The notes under the pieces were generated by a model that made no database searches, was not told where the DNA came from, and saw nothing but the letters and a program-made list of their open reading frames with translations. From the NCBI RefSeq assembly GCF_016097405.1, contig NZ_JAEHGD010000001.1, positions 1,391,693-1,423,692 of the forward strand: a DNA stretch of 32,000 nt, written 5' to 3'. Of the stretch, positions 9,815 through 19,851 are shown piece by piece. Both the position numbers and the translations under genes were made by a program. The stretch comes from a methane-oxidizing endosymbiont of Gigantopelta aegis. Lineage in GTDB: Bacteria; Pseudomonadota; Gammaproteobacteria; Methylococcales; Methylomonadaceae. Positions within the stretch are counted from its first letter, which is position 1; every line of letters begins with the position of its first letter.

Positions 9815-9956
9815 AGTACCATAGCGCCACTACAGTCTGGTCATAGACACATTCAGCACTCACACCGCCAAAATAACGAAACGCTGCATCATGTATCTGA
9901 ATAAAGCGCGCCGTATCAATCGGTTTGTCCGACACACTGACATGCATCAACCGCGG
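9815..9956 (-). pseudogene. IstA-like (IS21-family) transposase fragment, downstream part
   Basis: Minus strand: RLMHVSVSDKPIDTARFIQIHDAAFRYFGGVSAECVYDQTVVALW, matching YSRLMHVSLSNKPINTEMLIKQHDVAFRYFGGMPEECVYDQTKLVV of the IS21 copy at 14590-17058. Confidence 0.82.
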
Positions 9957-10362
9957 TAAATGTCAAAGTAACTGTCGCCAAAAGTTGAAAATTAATGAAT
10001 GATATTGGGCTTGTTGACTGAGCGCGAATCATTCGGTTTATCAGGATTTAGGCAGACGTCAGATTGCCAATCCCAGTTTCGGGTATGTTGACTCCATCGT
10101 TTGGGGTTTTGAGCTTTAGCGGCCTCATAGACCGCTTTACGCTGGATTATCGCCTGATCTTTAGCCTCATGGCGTTGGGCCGGTGTGACAAATTGAATAC
10201 CACTATGCCGATGCTGGTGATTGTACCAGTCCACAAAGCCTGCGACCCATTCCCTGGCAGCCGCTATTGTCTCAAAGGGCTGTGAAGGATATTTAGGCGT
10301 ATATTTAAGCGTCCTGAATAGGGATTCAAATAAGGATTGTCATTACTCACCGCTGGCCGACC
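9957..10362 (-). pseudogene. Truncated IS3-family element, C-terminal integrase-core fragment
   Basis: Minus strand: RPAVSNDNPYLESLFRTLKYTPKYPSQPFETIAAAREWVAGFVDWYNHQHRHSGIQFVTPAQRHEAKDQAIIQRK (with frameshift); outer end TAAATGTCAAAGTAACTGTCGC. Confidence 0.72.
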
Positions 10363-10462
10363 CCTAAGAAAAATCATACCTGTCGCCTAGGAAATTTTAA
10401 ATCAGGAGACAAAAATGAGCGTATGTTAGCCAAAATTTAAAGTACAATCAGTAGAAAAGCAT

Positions 10463-11826
10463 TATCCAGAAGACCAGAACAATCGCTAGTAGAAATTGCA
10501 GTTTTGAAGCCTAAGAAAAATCATCGAAAAAACAGAGTTCATTCAAGATTGGAATACAGTAGAACGTTTTGAAGCCATTGTCATCTCACCGATGATCAGG
10601 CTAGCGCCTATTGTCGTGAACAAGGCATCTACTTACATCATCTAAATACCTGGAAAGCGGAATTTTTGTCAGAATCTAAATCAACAGAATCCGTATATAA
10701 ACAGGCGCAAACAAAACTCAAACAAGAAAACAAGCGTTTGCATAAGGAGCTAAACCGCAAAGAGAAAGCGTTATCAGAAACAGCGGCTTTACTGGTGTTA
10801 TCAAAAAAGTGCCAAGCGATCTGGGGGAAAAGGCGGCCGATTAATCGCCTACTCAGATCGCCAACACTACAGCGCACTCATTGATGAAGCCGTTGACAAT
10901 GGAGCGCGGCAGAAATTAGCCTGTGAACTGGTGGGTATATCAGCTCGAACCTATCAGCGTTGGAACCGGGGAGAAGGACTCTCAGAAGACCTACGACTGC
11001 ACAATACAGCGCCTGTGCACAATCAATTATCCGAGGCCATCAAGCAAGAAATCATCACCGTGATTAATAAACCGGAATACAGCGCTTTAACGCCGCATCA
11101 AATCGTTCCGAGGTTATTGGATTTGGGCTGCTATCTCGCATCAGAATCAACCTTTATCGTGTCATGAAAGCCCACAACCAGCTTAAGCACAGAGCTAAAG
11201 GAGCCGCAGGTCAGCATAATAAACCGCAGTCACTCAAAGCCACACAGGCCAATCAAATCTACTCGTGGGATATTACGTATTTATTAAGCCCCGTCAAAGG
11301 GCAGTATTTTTACCTCTACATGGTGATGGACATCTATAGTCGGAAAATCGTAGGCTGGCAAGTTCATGATGCCGAATCAAGCGCACACGCTGCTGATTTG
11401 ATCGAAGATATCGCTCGCCGGGAAAACATCGACAAAAAGCAATTGGTGATACATTCTGACAACGGCAGTCCGATGAAAGGCGCAACATTAAGGGCCAAAT
11501 TGGTCGATTTAGACATTGCCACGTCGTTCAGCAGACCTCGTGTCAGTAATGATAATCCTTATTCAGAATCGTTATTTAAAACAGTCAAATATCATCATAC
11601 CTTTCCAGAAAACCCTTTTAAAACATTAAGCGAAGCCAGGAACTGGGTTGAAGCTTTCGTTTGTTGGTTCAACAATGAACATCAACACAGTGCGCTCAAG
11701 TTTGTAACACCCAACCAACGCCATAACGGCTTAGACAGCGCCGTACTCGAAAAAGAAAACGAGTCATCGAGCAAGCAAAAAGAGACAATCCAGAGCGATG
11801 GAATGGACGACAAACACGAAATTTAA
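10463..11826 (+). pseudogene. IS3-family transposase remnants in several frames
   Basis: FKVQSVEKALSRRPEQSLVEIAVL; MSESKSTESVYKQAQTKLKQENKRLHKELNRKEKALSETAALLVLSKK; MGISARTYQRWNRGEG...SALTPHQIVPRLLDLGCYLASESTF; WDITYLLSPVKGQYFYLYMVMDIYSRKIVGW...SRPRVSNDNPYSESLFKTVKY. Confidence 0.85.
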
Positions 11827-11850
11827 CGCCCATTGGCCATGTTTATCTTA

Positions 11851-12697
11851 GGGGCTGTTGCCATTTCACATAGGTAACCATAAAAGGCGCAAGCCAGAGC
11901 GATAGAGCCTTCAAAATTTCGTTTGAGTTTGTCATATCGCGTGGCGATCGCTCTGAAATGCTTAAGTCTTGCAAACACATTTTCAACGAGATGGCGATAT
12001 TTGTAGAGACACCAATCCATTTCATCATTTCCCCGAGTTGAATTCTTTTTCTTGGGATAACAGGAACAGCCCCTTTGTCTTAATTTGAAGACGTAATGCT
12101 TCACTGTCATAGCCTCTGTCAGCAACTATATAGTCACCTTTTGGGAGCTCTGCAACTAATTTCGGTGCTTCTTTACAGTCATGAACTTCGCCGCCTGTCA
12201 CTGAGAAATGAATAGGAAGACCACAGGCATCAACGGCCATATGAATTTTACTGGTGTTCCCGGCGACAGATTTCCCTATCGCTGTTTCTTGTTCACAGGC
12301 CGCACCACTACTATGCTGATGTGCTTTCACAATACTCCCATCAATAAATTCCCATTCCAGGTCTGGATCAACAACCAAGGCGTTAAAAATACCCATCAGT
12401 TTTTCTTTACGAGACCAGTCATTGAATCGTTTATATACCGCATTCCAATTACCAAAAGCCGTGGGTAAATCTCTCCAGGGACAACCTACTCGCAAGCGAT
12501 AAAAATACCTTCGACTGTTTTTCGAAGACAAGGTTTGTCATAAATTCCCATTTTCAACATAATTATCTTCAGTTTCTCCCAAAGTTCATCCGTAAGCATT
12601 TGTCGGGGCATAGTTTGCTTGTTTTTGAGTCAAAATAAACAATCTATGTGGCGGAGTTATTGAATTTCAAGGGGATTTTCAAAACGGCAACAGCCCC
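11851..12697 (-). mobile_element. IS5-family insertion sequence (IS427-like organisation), 847 bp, TA target duplication
   Basis: TIRs GGGGCTGTTGCC (11851-11862) / GGCAACAGCCCC (12686-12697), flanked by TA on both sides; ORFs 12025..12531 and 11823..12125. The N-terminal frame upstream (MPRQMLTDELWEKL...) is separated by a frameshift in GIF(Y)RLRVGC. Confidence 0.87.
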
Positions 12698-12800
12698 TAA
12701 TCCGGATAAGGAAAATTTCAACACAACAGAATGTCAAGCAGCTTAATAAAATTCATTTCGTAAATTATTGCAAAAAATGCGACAGGTTGGTTGACATTTA

Positions 12801-12965
12801 GCGCCGGGAAAAGGACAATACAAACACCACAAAATAAACCGTGGTCTCCACGCCATTAATCAATACGCCCCGAAGCTCCCCAGGGTCTACCTGACATTGC
12901 TCTCCGGGCACCATGTCTAGCACGGGCTGGTAGTACCGTTTTGATGGACAAGCCACCGTTTCTGA
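12801..12965 (-). pseudogene. IstA-like (IS21-family) transposase fragment, upstream part of the one at 9815-9956
   Basis: Minus strand: KRYYQPVLDMVPGEQCQVDPGELRGVLINGVETTVYFVVFVLSFSRR, ending where RLMHVSVSDKP begins at 9956. Confidence 0.82.
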
Positions 12966-13226
12966 TGATGGCCTGGCTGAAGTTGAAAAGTTATTCAGGT
13001 CTGAAATACGCTAGCTGTATATCTTTAAGCCCTATTTGAACTTTAAGCCTATTTGAACGAAGCGTGTCGCGCAGCCCAGTCGGCGCTGGAATTTAGCGAC
13101 AGCCTCGGGGTCTGTGCGTTTCTGCCGTTGGGCGTTCATTAGTTCCAATCGGATTTTTTTTGATTTTTTCATGAGTTTTTTGAGTTTTGTTGATTAAAAA
13201 ATTCCAAAATACCCCTACCTATCCCC

Positions 13227-13274
13227 CAACAAAACCCACAAAACCTAAAAATTGGGGTTTTGTAGGTTTTGTTG
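13227..13274. repeat. 19-bp-arm inverted repeat just downstream of the DUF3987-like stop codon
   Basis: CAACAAAACCCACAAAACC (13227-13245) / GGTTTTGTAGGTTTTGTTG (13256-13274), one non-Watson-Crick position. Confidence 0.7.
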
Positions 13275-13279
13275 CGTCC

Positions 13280-14589
13280 TTACATTACGTTTTTGGGGAA
13301 AAATCAGGGTGTATCTGATAGATTGTAGAAGGACGGCCGCCTGTTTTTCCGGCTGGTAATCTTTTCTCACGAACATACCCGCACTCATCCAGAACATTTA
13401 ACGCTTGTTTCACAACGCCGGTGTCCGATAGCCCAGTCCACTTATGCATGACAATATCGCGGGCTTTAAAACCATCGGATAACTTGCCTTGCTTTATCTT
13501 TTTTCAGGATGGTTTCAGCATTGACTTCATCCATCGACACGGCCGTGTTGTAAACCCGGATAGCGTGCTGTTCCAGATAATCAACCCAAAGCAGTGCCTT
13601 TTTAAGGGGTGCAGTGTCAATTAAATCTGTGTGGCTGGGATTGTCTGTCAAGTGGATGATTACTGCCAGACTCGGCAGTAAAGAAGCGTACTTACCTAGA
13701 TGCTGTTCCATAACGGGATGAATATCATCACCTCGCAAGCGTTCTTGTAGCCTTGTGTACCAGTCATCAAACATCACTTGTGCATCAGGCGTAAAACTAG
13801 CCGGTTTCTCCCATCCTGCCCAGTTATCAAGGCGGGTAAAACATCAAGCGCTTGTTGTTTTACTTCGCCATCCCTCCGCTTGCGGTGTGGTTTGTAAGGG
13901 TGTGAGTCCGGCCAAACCATCAACTGAAAACGACTGATTAACCCGTCATTACCAGCACCACCACAAGTCGCTTGATTCAGGTAAGGGCGCAGGACACCGG
14001 GTTGGATATTACCCAGCATAGCCAAGCAGGTGCTCTCAATATCCACCGTACCGCGCCCAATCCGGTCGAATTGATAACGCTTTTTACCTTCAAAGCATTC
14101 CAGATAAAAAGCCCTGTCATTACTCCTGTCTTCGCGCTCAATGGTTTTCAAAAAGCCATAGATTTCATCCCGGTACAACATAATGCCATTGGGGTTTTCG
14201 CCTAAAATCTCGCCAAGTTTTTCGATAGTGCAATCATTCACAATATACCGCTTGCGGGTAGGTTTTTCGGCCTCTACGTTGTTTTCGCGTAGCATCTGTT
14301 CAGCCTCAGCAAACTTTTTATTTTTTACCAAACCGCGTGCAGTTTTTTAGCTTCATCCCGCCCTAGTTCAAGCAATGTGCTTTGTACTTCATACTCTTGT
14401 AATTCAGCTTCAAAAGTTTCTTTGGCTTTGATTTCAAGTTTTTCCAGTGGGCTTTTTCCTTCTTCAGCCAGTGGCGACTTAAACGCGCTCGGCCGCCCGA
14501 CATTCAACCCCCAAAGGTTTGGGCACACCACCCAGTCTGCGTGTTGGTTTGGCGAGATATAGCCTTTTTACCGATAACAGCAGACAAAG
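13280..14589 (-). pseudogene. DUF3987-like helicase/primase-associated protein, C-terminal segment, frameshifted and disrupted by IS21 insertion
   Basis: Pieces SAVIGKKAISRQTNTQTG / VCPNLWGLNVGRPSAFKSPLAEE / MLRENNVEAEKP...NPNGIMLYRDEIYGFLKTIEREDRSNDRAFYLECFEGK / LPAGKTGGRPSSTIYQIHPDFF* lie in different frames on the minus strand. Confidence 0.75.
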
Positions 14590-14656
14590 TGTCAACGGCC
14601 AAAATAATTGAGCCAGTTTCGGCCATTAATATTGAGCCACTTTTCCAGAGAAATAG

Positions 14657-15427
14657 TTATTTGTTAAGTTTAGATTTCAGTCGATAACTTTCGCCTCCCA
14701 GCATAAAAATGTGTGAATGATGGATGAGCCTATCTACAATCGGCACGGCCACATTGTTGTCGAAAAAGAACTCACCCCAATTCGTAAATTCTTTGTTGGT
14801 TGTCAGGATGATTGAGCGGTATTCATAGAGCGCATTGATCAATTGAAACAAGTTGTGCATACCTTGTTTATTCATCGGTAGATAACCGAGCTCATCAATG
14901 ATCAACACATCAAATTTGAGTAGCTGATTGATTTTCTTTTTCAACTCGCCTTTGAGTTCAGCTAATTCCAATATTTCCATAAGAGCCAAAGCCGTGTTGA
15001 AGCTGACTTTATAGCCTGCATCAATCGCTTTAAGCCCCAGACCAATAGCCAGATGCGTTTTACCCACACCTGGCGGCCCGATAAAGACGACGTTATCTCG
15101 ATTATCAATAAAGTTAAAGTCACACAGGCTATTCATTTCACGCTTGCTGATCGTGGTCTGAAAGCGATAGTCAAACTCTTCCAGGCTTTTATGCAAGGGA
15201 AAACCTGATCGCCGTCTGTTTTGTTCAATACGTTTACTGTTGCGTTGATTTTCTTCATACTCAACCAGACTTTGTGCAAACTGTAGATAAGAACTTTCAT
15301 TTGCCTCAGCTTGGCTTAATAACGGCTCAAGATGTTCTGCAATGGCTGACATGCGTAGGCTTCGGAATTTCTGGGTGACCTGATCAATGGATGACATGGC
15401 TCTCTCCTTGACCGCCAGGGTGGCCAT
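14657..15427 (-). CDS. istB: IS21-family helper ATPase IstB
   Basis: 256 aa with FIGPPGVGKTHLAIGLG (Walker A) and VLIIDELGYLPM (Walker B). Confidence 0.95.
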   Translation of the reverse strand: MATLAVKERAMSSIDQVTQKFRSLRMSAIAEHLEPLLSQAEANESSYLQFAQSLVEYEENQRNSKRIEQNRRRSGFPLHKSLEEFDYRFQTTISKREMNSLCDFNFIDNRDNVVFIGPPGVGKTHLAIGLGLKAIDAGYKVSFNTALALMEILELAELKGELKKKINQLLKFDVLIIDELGYLPMNKQGMHNLFQLINALYEYRSIILTTNKEFTNWGEFFFDNNVAVPIVDRLIHHSHIFMLGGESYRLKSKLNK

Positions 15428-15445
15428 TTAGCGCAGCATAATGCG

Positions 15446-16944
15446 CTAATGCACTATTACCCTGATTAACTTGATCCTGTGTGACTTGCTGACTCTGTGA
15501 GTCGTTATTTTCTCTGGGTTTTGTTGGAAAGCCAGCAGACGTTCTCTTAACCCTGTTGCTGTTAAGCGCGGTGTATTGATCAATCGTGATAAATGTTCTG
15601 CTTCAATAGCACCATATTGTTTGCAATACGCGCTGACTATTTGTTTAGCGCCCAAAAGCTGGTCTTTATATATTTTGGGTGAGGTCGTTTTAAGTAAGGC
15701 GCATAAAGCCTGAGTCTGCTCTGTGTCACCTAAAATGTGTAAAAGCTCAGCTTCTAAGTCTTTTATCCTCTGGGCTTTATCACGGTAATGATCGGTGTTC
15801 TTGATGACTTGACCTTTCTCGATGCTGATCAGGTGTTCAGCAATTTTGTTACCTGTTTCTAAATCACTGATGATTAACTGACCTGTTTCGGTTTTGACAC
15901 CGACACGGGCACTTTGATAGGCCATCGGCACGGAGTATTTATTGGATTGCCAAGCGATAAGTCCTGTTTTATCGGCTTTACGTGTAGCGACAGTACTTGC
16001 TGAATAAGACGCTATACAGGAAGGTGTCAAATAAGGCTGCATATGAGCCTGTTCTGACTGATCATAATATTCTCTGGGTTTTTTACCTGTGCTGCCATGA
16101 ACACGTTGATTAGCGGTATTATCCAACCAGTCAGAAAAATACTGTTCTAATTCATGCCAGCTGGCAAAGCTTTCACCATAGAGCCCATTGTTTTTGGCAT
16201 ACTTTACACCTGCTTCAACCTTGCCCTTGCTTTCTGGGTCATAGCCTTCACAGGCATGAATACGAAATCCAGCGGCGGTTGCATACTGAAAAAAAGCTGA
16301 TTAAGGTTTAATTCCCTGAAGGTTTCACTGATAACCACCAGTTTAGTTTGATCATAAACACATTCCTCAGGCATGCCGCCAAAATAACGGAAGGCGACAT
16401 CATGCTGTTTGATCAACATCTCGGTATTAATCGGCTTATTTGATAAAGATACATGCATTAAACGAGAATAAGACAATACGAAGACCATTAAATAAACGGT
16501 GGTTTCAACACCATTAATCATCACGCCACGCAGTTCACCGCCATCAACCTGACATTGTTCGCCAGGCACCATATCTATGACAGGCTCATAGTAACGGGCT
16601 TGCTTAAAACTGATTTCTTGCTTCAGTGCTTGAATATAGCGTCTGACAGAACGATCTGACACGCTCAGTGTTTCAACCTTGGCCTTCAGTTTACGTAACA
16701 CTTTAACCGCTGATAAATCGGGATAGGTTTGCAGCAGTTGAATAATGTAGTCCCGATATTCATCTAGTTTCTTAGTTCTATCGGTATCGGACAATATCTC
16801 AGTAATTTCTGTTTCTGGCATGTTGAGATATTTACTGACGGTATTGCGAGAAACACCCAATTGTTTGGCAATCTTACGCTTCGATAAACCATTGCCTTGA
16901 TTGTGTAATGCTTTGATCTGATGAATCACGATCCACTCCTTCAT
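15446..16944 (-). pseudogene. istA: IS21-family transposase IstA, split by a single frameshift
   Basis: ORFs 16204..16944 (MKEWIVIHQIKALHNQGNGLSKRKIAKQLGVSRNTVSKYL...YDQTKLVVISETFRELNLNQ) and 15446..16126 (NTANQRVHGSTGKKPREY...). Reading breaks at LNLNQ|(A)FFQYA near 16290-16310. Confidence 0.88.
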
Positions 16945-17058
16945 AACGTTCCCTAGATAAATAGAGGGACTGTTACAGCTTTAATATAAAAAAGAAAGTC
17001 TGGAAAAGTGGCTCAATATTAATGGCCAGTTTTGGCTCAGTTTAAATGGCCATTAACA

Positions 17059-17546
17059 ACAAAGCAACCATCACCGACACGGCCATATAATCGGGTGCAC
17101 TCGATATTTGTTTTGAAAAGTCATCAACCCATCATCTCGGTGAGTGCGGCCTGTGCTGCAAGCCAGCGCTCACAAGGCAATGGCATCATTAACGGCACCA
17201 AAACCCGCCAGCGTCGATTATCGGGCTTTGATGAGGCAGTGCTGTAAATGATGCAGGCAAACTCACTCCATAAAGCGAGTGTAAGCTTTTGTTTTATATC
17301 ACTTAAAGACAAGTTGCCATCGTCAATATCCTGCCAAAGCATCGTCATTGAATCGTGCGCCAGAACTGCGGTTTTGGTTTTTTCGTTCGCCGTGTGCGGT
17401 GCAATGGCGCGCGCATCGGTTTTGGGCAGGGTGACTGGATTCTGCGCCATTTCGATTAAATCATCGAACGACAATCGTTTGCTGGAACGTGGTTGTGTTA
17501 CGTTTTCGAATACTGTACAAATTTCACTCATTTTCACACACCCCAC
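17059..17546 (-). pseudogene. N-terminal segment of the DUF3987-like gene interrupted by the IS21 element
   Basis: ORF 17124..17546 plus a shifted frame toward 17059. Joining across the IS gives ...VALSAVIGKK..., continuing at 14589. Confidence 0.6.
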
Positions 17547-17836
17547 TCGTCGCTCAGGGCGCGCAGGGCTTCGATAAAGCCCAAGCCATACCGTCGCATC
17601 ATGAAGGCGATAATATCACCGCCAGCCGCGTCACAGGCGAAGCATTTAAACGCACCTGTTTGAACATTCACGAAAAAGCTGCCGGGCTTATTGTCTGCGT
17701 GAAATGGGCACAGCTCTCCATCATTCCACTCGCGACCATTAAGTTTTGCGCCGGGCAGTTCATATTTGAAAAAATCTAACGGATGGATTGCGTTTTTGAT
17801 ATAATTAACATTGAGTGATTTGGTTGTCGCTCTCAT
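17534..17836 (-). CDS. CHC2-type zinc-finger DNA primase domain protein
   Basis: 100 aa: CPFHADNKPGSFFVNVQTGAFKCFACDAAGGDIIAFMMRRYGLGFIEALRAL. Confidence 0.88.
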   Translation of the reverse strand: MRATTKSLNVNYIKNAIHPLDFFKYELPGAKLNGREWNDGELCPFHADNKPGSFFVNVQTGAFKCFACDAAGGDIIAFMMRRYGLGFIEALRALSDEWGV

Positions 17837-18045
17837 TTTGCGGCCTCCTCATTTTTTGAGGGGGCGCAGTCGCGCTCGGCGATACGGGCGTTAAGCCATT
17901 GATTGACTTCGGATTCAAGCCAACCGCTGGAACGCGCAGAGAGTTTGATTTGGCGGGGAAATAGACCTCGCGATGCCATTTTATAGAGTTGGCTGCGTGA
18001 AAGGCCGGTTTGGGCGATAACGTCTTTGATTTTTAAGATTTTCAT
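17833..18045 (-). CDS. AlpA-family phage-type transcriptional regulator
   Basis: 70 aa MKILKIKDVIAQTGLSRSQLYKMASRGLFPRQIKLSARSSGWLESEVNQWLNARI. Confidence 0.92.
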   Translation of the reverse strand: MKILKIKDVIAQTGLSRSQLYKMASRGLFPRQIKLSARSSGWLESEVNQWLNARIAERDCAPSKNEEAAK

Positions 18046-18308
18046 TTACTTTTGTCCTGTAAAAAGTAAATGAACGCGAAGCATAAAAATAAATAAAACA
18101 AAAAAAGTTTACTAATTTATTTATTTGGTTTATCATTCAACTGTGGATGATATTCATTGTCCGCGTTCATTTTTTATTGATGAATAATCAAAAGCTTCGT
18201 GAATATGCCGCCAAGCCATCACGAGGCTTTTTTGCGCTTGTCTAAAAAAGACAAGCGCATTATATCGCAAAATGACCATCAGTGTCTTTTTGCTTTGAAT
18301 AAATCAGA

Positions 18309-18356
18309 CACAATATATTGTGCCTAGCTTCAGGCTTAAAACACAATATATTGTGT
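18309..18356. promoter_or_regulatory. Two identical AT-rich palindromes (CACAATATATTGTG), 33 bp apart; candidate operators
   Basis: CACAATATATTGTG at 18309-18322 and again at 18342-18355, extended to ACACAATATATTGTGT at 18341-18356; located between integrase and AlpA genes. Confidence 0.6.
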
Positions 18357-18477
18357 TTTCTTATTATTCAACAACTTACCAAACAAGATAAAATTTTGTA
18401 AGCTATATCAATTAGTTGAGTGTGTTTTGCATAACCGGCAAGCATTGCCGGTGTGTGGGGCAAAATCCGCGCTGCAA

Positions 18478-19689
18478 TCACTTGCCCGCAGCTTGTTTAA
18501 ACGGAATGACGGTCGCGCCTTGCTTTAATCCGTCCAGATAGTCTGACCAAGCTTGCATCATCTTTGCGCGTTCCTGTAAATGTTCGGCGTAATTGTAAGC
18601 CGCCCGGACTGAGTCACGCTCAGAGTGGGCAAGCTGCCGTTCAATCGCGTCACGGTTCCAGCCCTGTTCGTTTAACAGTGTGGATGCCATTGAGCGGAAG
18701 CCATGCCCGGTCATTTCCTCTTTGCTGTAACCTAAACGCCTTAATCCTGCCAGCACGGTATTTTCAGACATTGGCCGGGTATTGGTGCGGATACTTGGAA
18801 AAACATATTTACCAGCCCCCGTCAGGGGTTTGATTTCTTCCAATATCGCGATAGCCTGCCGGGATAACGGCACGATATGAACCTGTCGCATTTTCATTTT
18901 TTCAGCCGGTATTTTCCACTCTGCATTGTCCAGGTCGATTTCTGACCATTCCGCTTGTCTGAGTTCCCCAGGCCGAACAAATACCAATGGCGCTAACCGC
19001 ATGGCACACTTGCTGATAAAGTGGCCTTTGTAACCGTCAATGGCGCGTAAAAGTTCGGCTATTTGCTTGGGTTCTGTGATGCTGGCAAGGTGCTTTTTCT
19101 TGACCGGTGGTAATGCGCCTTTCAGGTCTTGGGTGGGGTCGCGTTCGGCTTTGCCTGTCGCTACGGCATAACGAAACACTTGGCTACAATTCTGCATGGC
19201 TCTGTGGACTGTTTCCAATGCGCCTCGGGATTCGATGCGTCGCAAGACAGCCAGTAACTCTGGCGGGGTGATTGTGCTTATTTGTCTTTTACCTACCCAC
19301 GGGAAAATATCTTTTTCCAGCCGTGTCAGTATTCTGCCTGCGTGGTTTTCTGTCCAGTTGGGTTTGTGTCGATTATGCCAGTCACGCGCCACCGCTTCAA
19401 AGCTGTCAGAATCACTCATGCGTTTAGTGGCCTTTTTATGTTCGCAGGGGTCGATACCGTCAGTTATTTGCTCTTTGACGGTATCTCTAATCTGTCGCGC
19501 TTTTTTTAGAGTGATGGATGGATAAACGCCTATCGCATAAGTTTTGCGTTTTCCGTGTATGCGGTAATCCAGTCGGAAGTATTTACTGCCATTGGGTTTG
19601 ACCAGCAAATACATGCCTTTTTCATCGGCGATTTTATATTGCTTGGCTTTTGGCTTAGCGTTACGGATGGCGGTGTCTGTAAGAGGCAT
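18478..19689 (-). CDS. P4-type tyrosine recombinase/integrase
   Basis: 403 aa MPLTDTAIRNAKPKAKQYKIADEKGMYLLVKPNGSKYFRLDYRIHGKRKTYAIGVYP...RPGELRQAEW...MTGHGFRSMASTLLNEQGWNRDAIERQLAH. Confidence 0.97.
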   Translation of the reverse strand: MPLTDTAIRNAKPKAKQYKIADEKGMYLLVKPNGSKYFRLDYRIHGKRKTYAIGVYPSITLKKARQIRDTVKEQITDGIDPCEHKKATKRMSDSDSFEAVARDWHNRHKPNWTENHAGRILTRLEKDIFPWVGKRQISTITPPELLAVLRRIESRGALETVHRAMQNCSQVFRYAVATGKAERDPTQDLKGALPPVKKKHLASITEPKQIAELLRAIDGYKGHFISKCAMRLAPLVFVRPGELRQAEWSEIDLDNAEWKIPAEKMKMRQVHIVPLSRQAIAILEEIKPLTGAGKYVFPSIRTNTRPMSENTVLAGLRRLGYSKEEMTGHGFRSMASTLLNEQGWNRDAIERQLAHSERDSVRAAYNYAEHLQERAKMMQAWSDYLDGLKQGATVIPFKQAAGK

Positions 19690-19851
19690 GACGGTATCAA
19701 CTCCGGGTTAATTAAATGTACCGTCATTTATACCGCCACAATTGACGGTATGTCAATGGATTCTATTGGACGCTATAAGACATAAAAAAAGCCATGAATC
19801 GTTATAATTCAAGGCTTTATGGACTTTCTTGGACTTGTCTGGAAGTTGAAT

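Larger units (their letters stand above)
10363..12800 (+). mobile_element. Decayed IS3-family element (opposite orientation to 9957-10362) interrupted by an IS5-family element
   Basis: Left end CTAAGAAAAATCATACCTGTCGC; right end GCGACAGGTTGGTTGACATTTA; IS3-type transposase fragments between. Confidence 0.62.
14590..17058 (-). mobile_element. IS21-family insertion sequence, 2469 bp, with 6-bp ACAAAG target duplication
   Basis: Ends TGTCAACGGCCAAAATAATTGAGCC... and ...GGCTCAGTTTAAATGGCCATTAACA; ACAAAG at 14584-14589 and 17059-17064; internal GGCCATTAATATTGAGCCACTTTTCC repeated inverted at both ends; contains istB and frameshifted istA. Confidence 0.93.

Noticed and set aside
13021-13060. Short direct repeat (CCTATTTGAACTTTAAGCCTATTTGAA) as a possible CRISPR or att site
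   Set aside because: Only two short units, no regular spacing, and no match to the ssrA 3' end.
17248-17577. 109-aa plus-strand ORF and neighbours (17032..17247, 17489..17779)
   Set aside because: Antisense to the primase/DUF3987-like genes; no recognisable domain.
18233-18259. Hairpin as a Rho-independent terminator for the AlpA or integrase transcript
   Set aside because: No U-tract follows the stem on the minus strand (the T-run lies before the stem on the plus strand).
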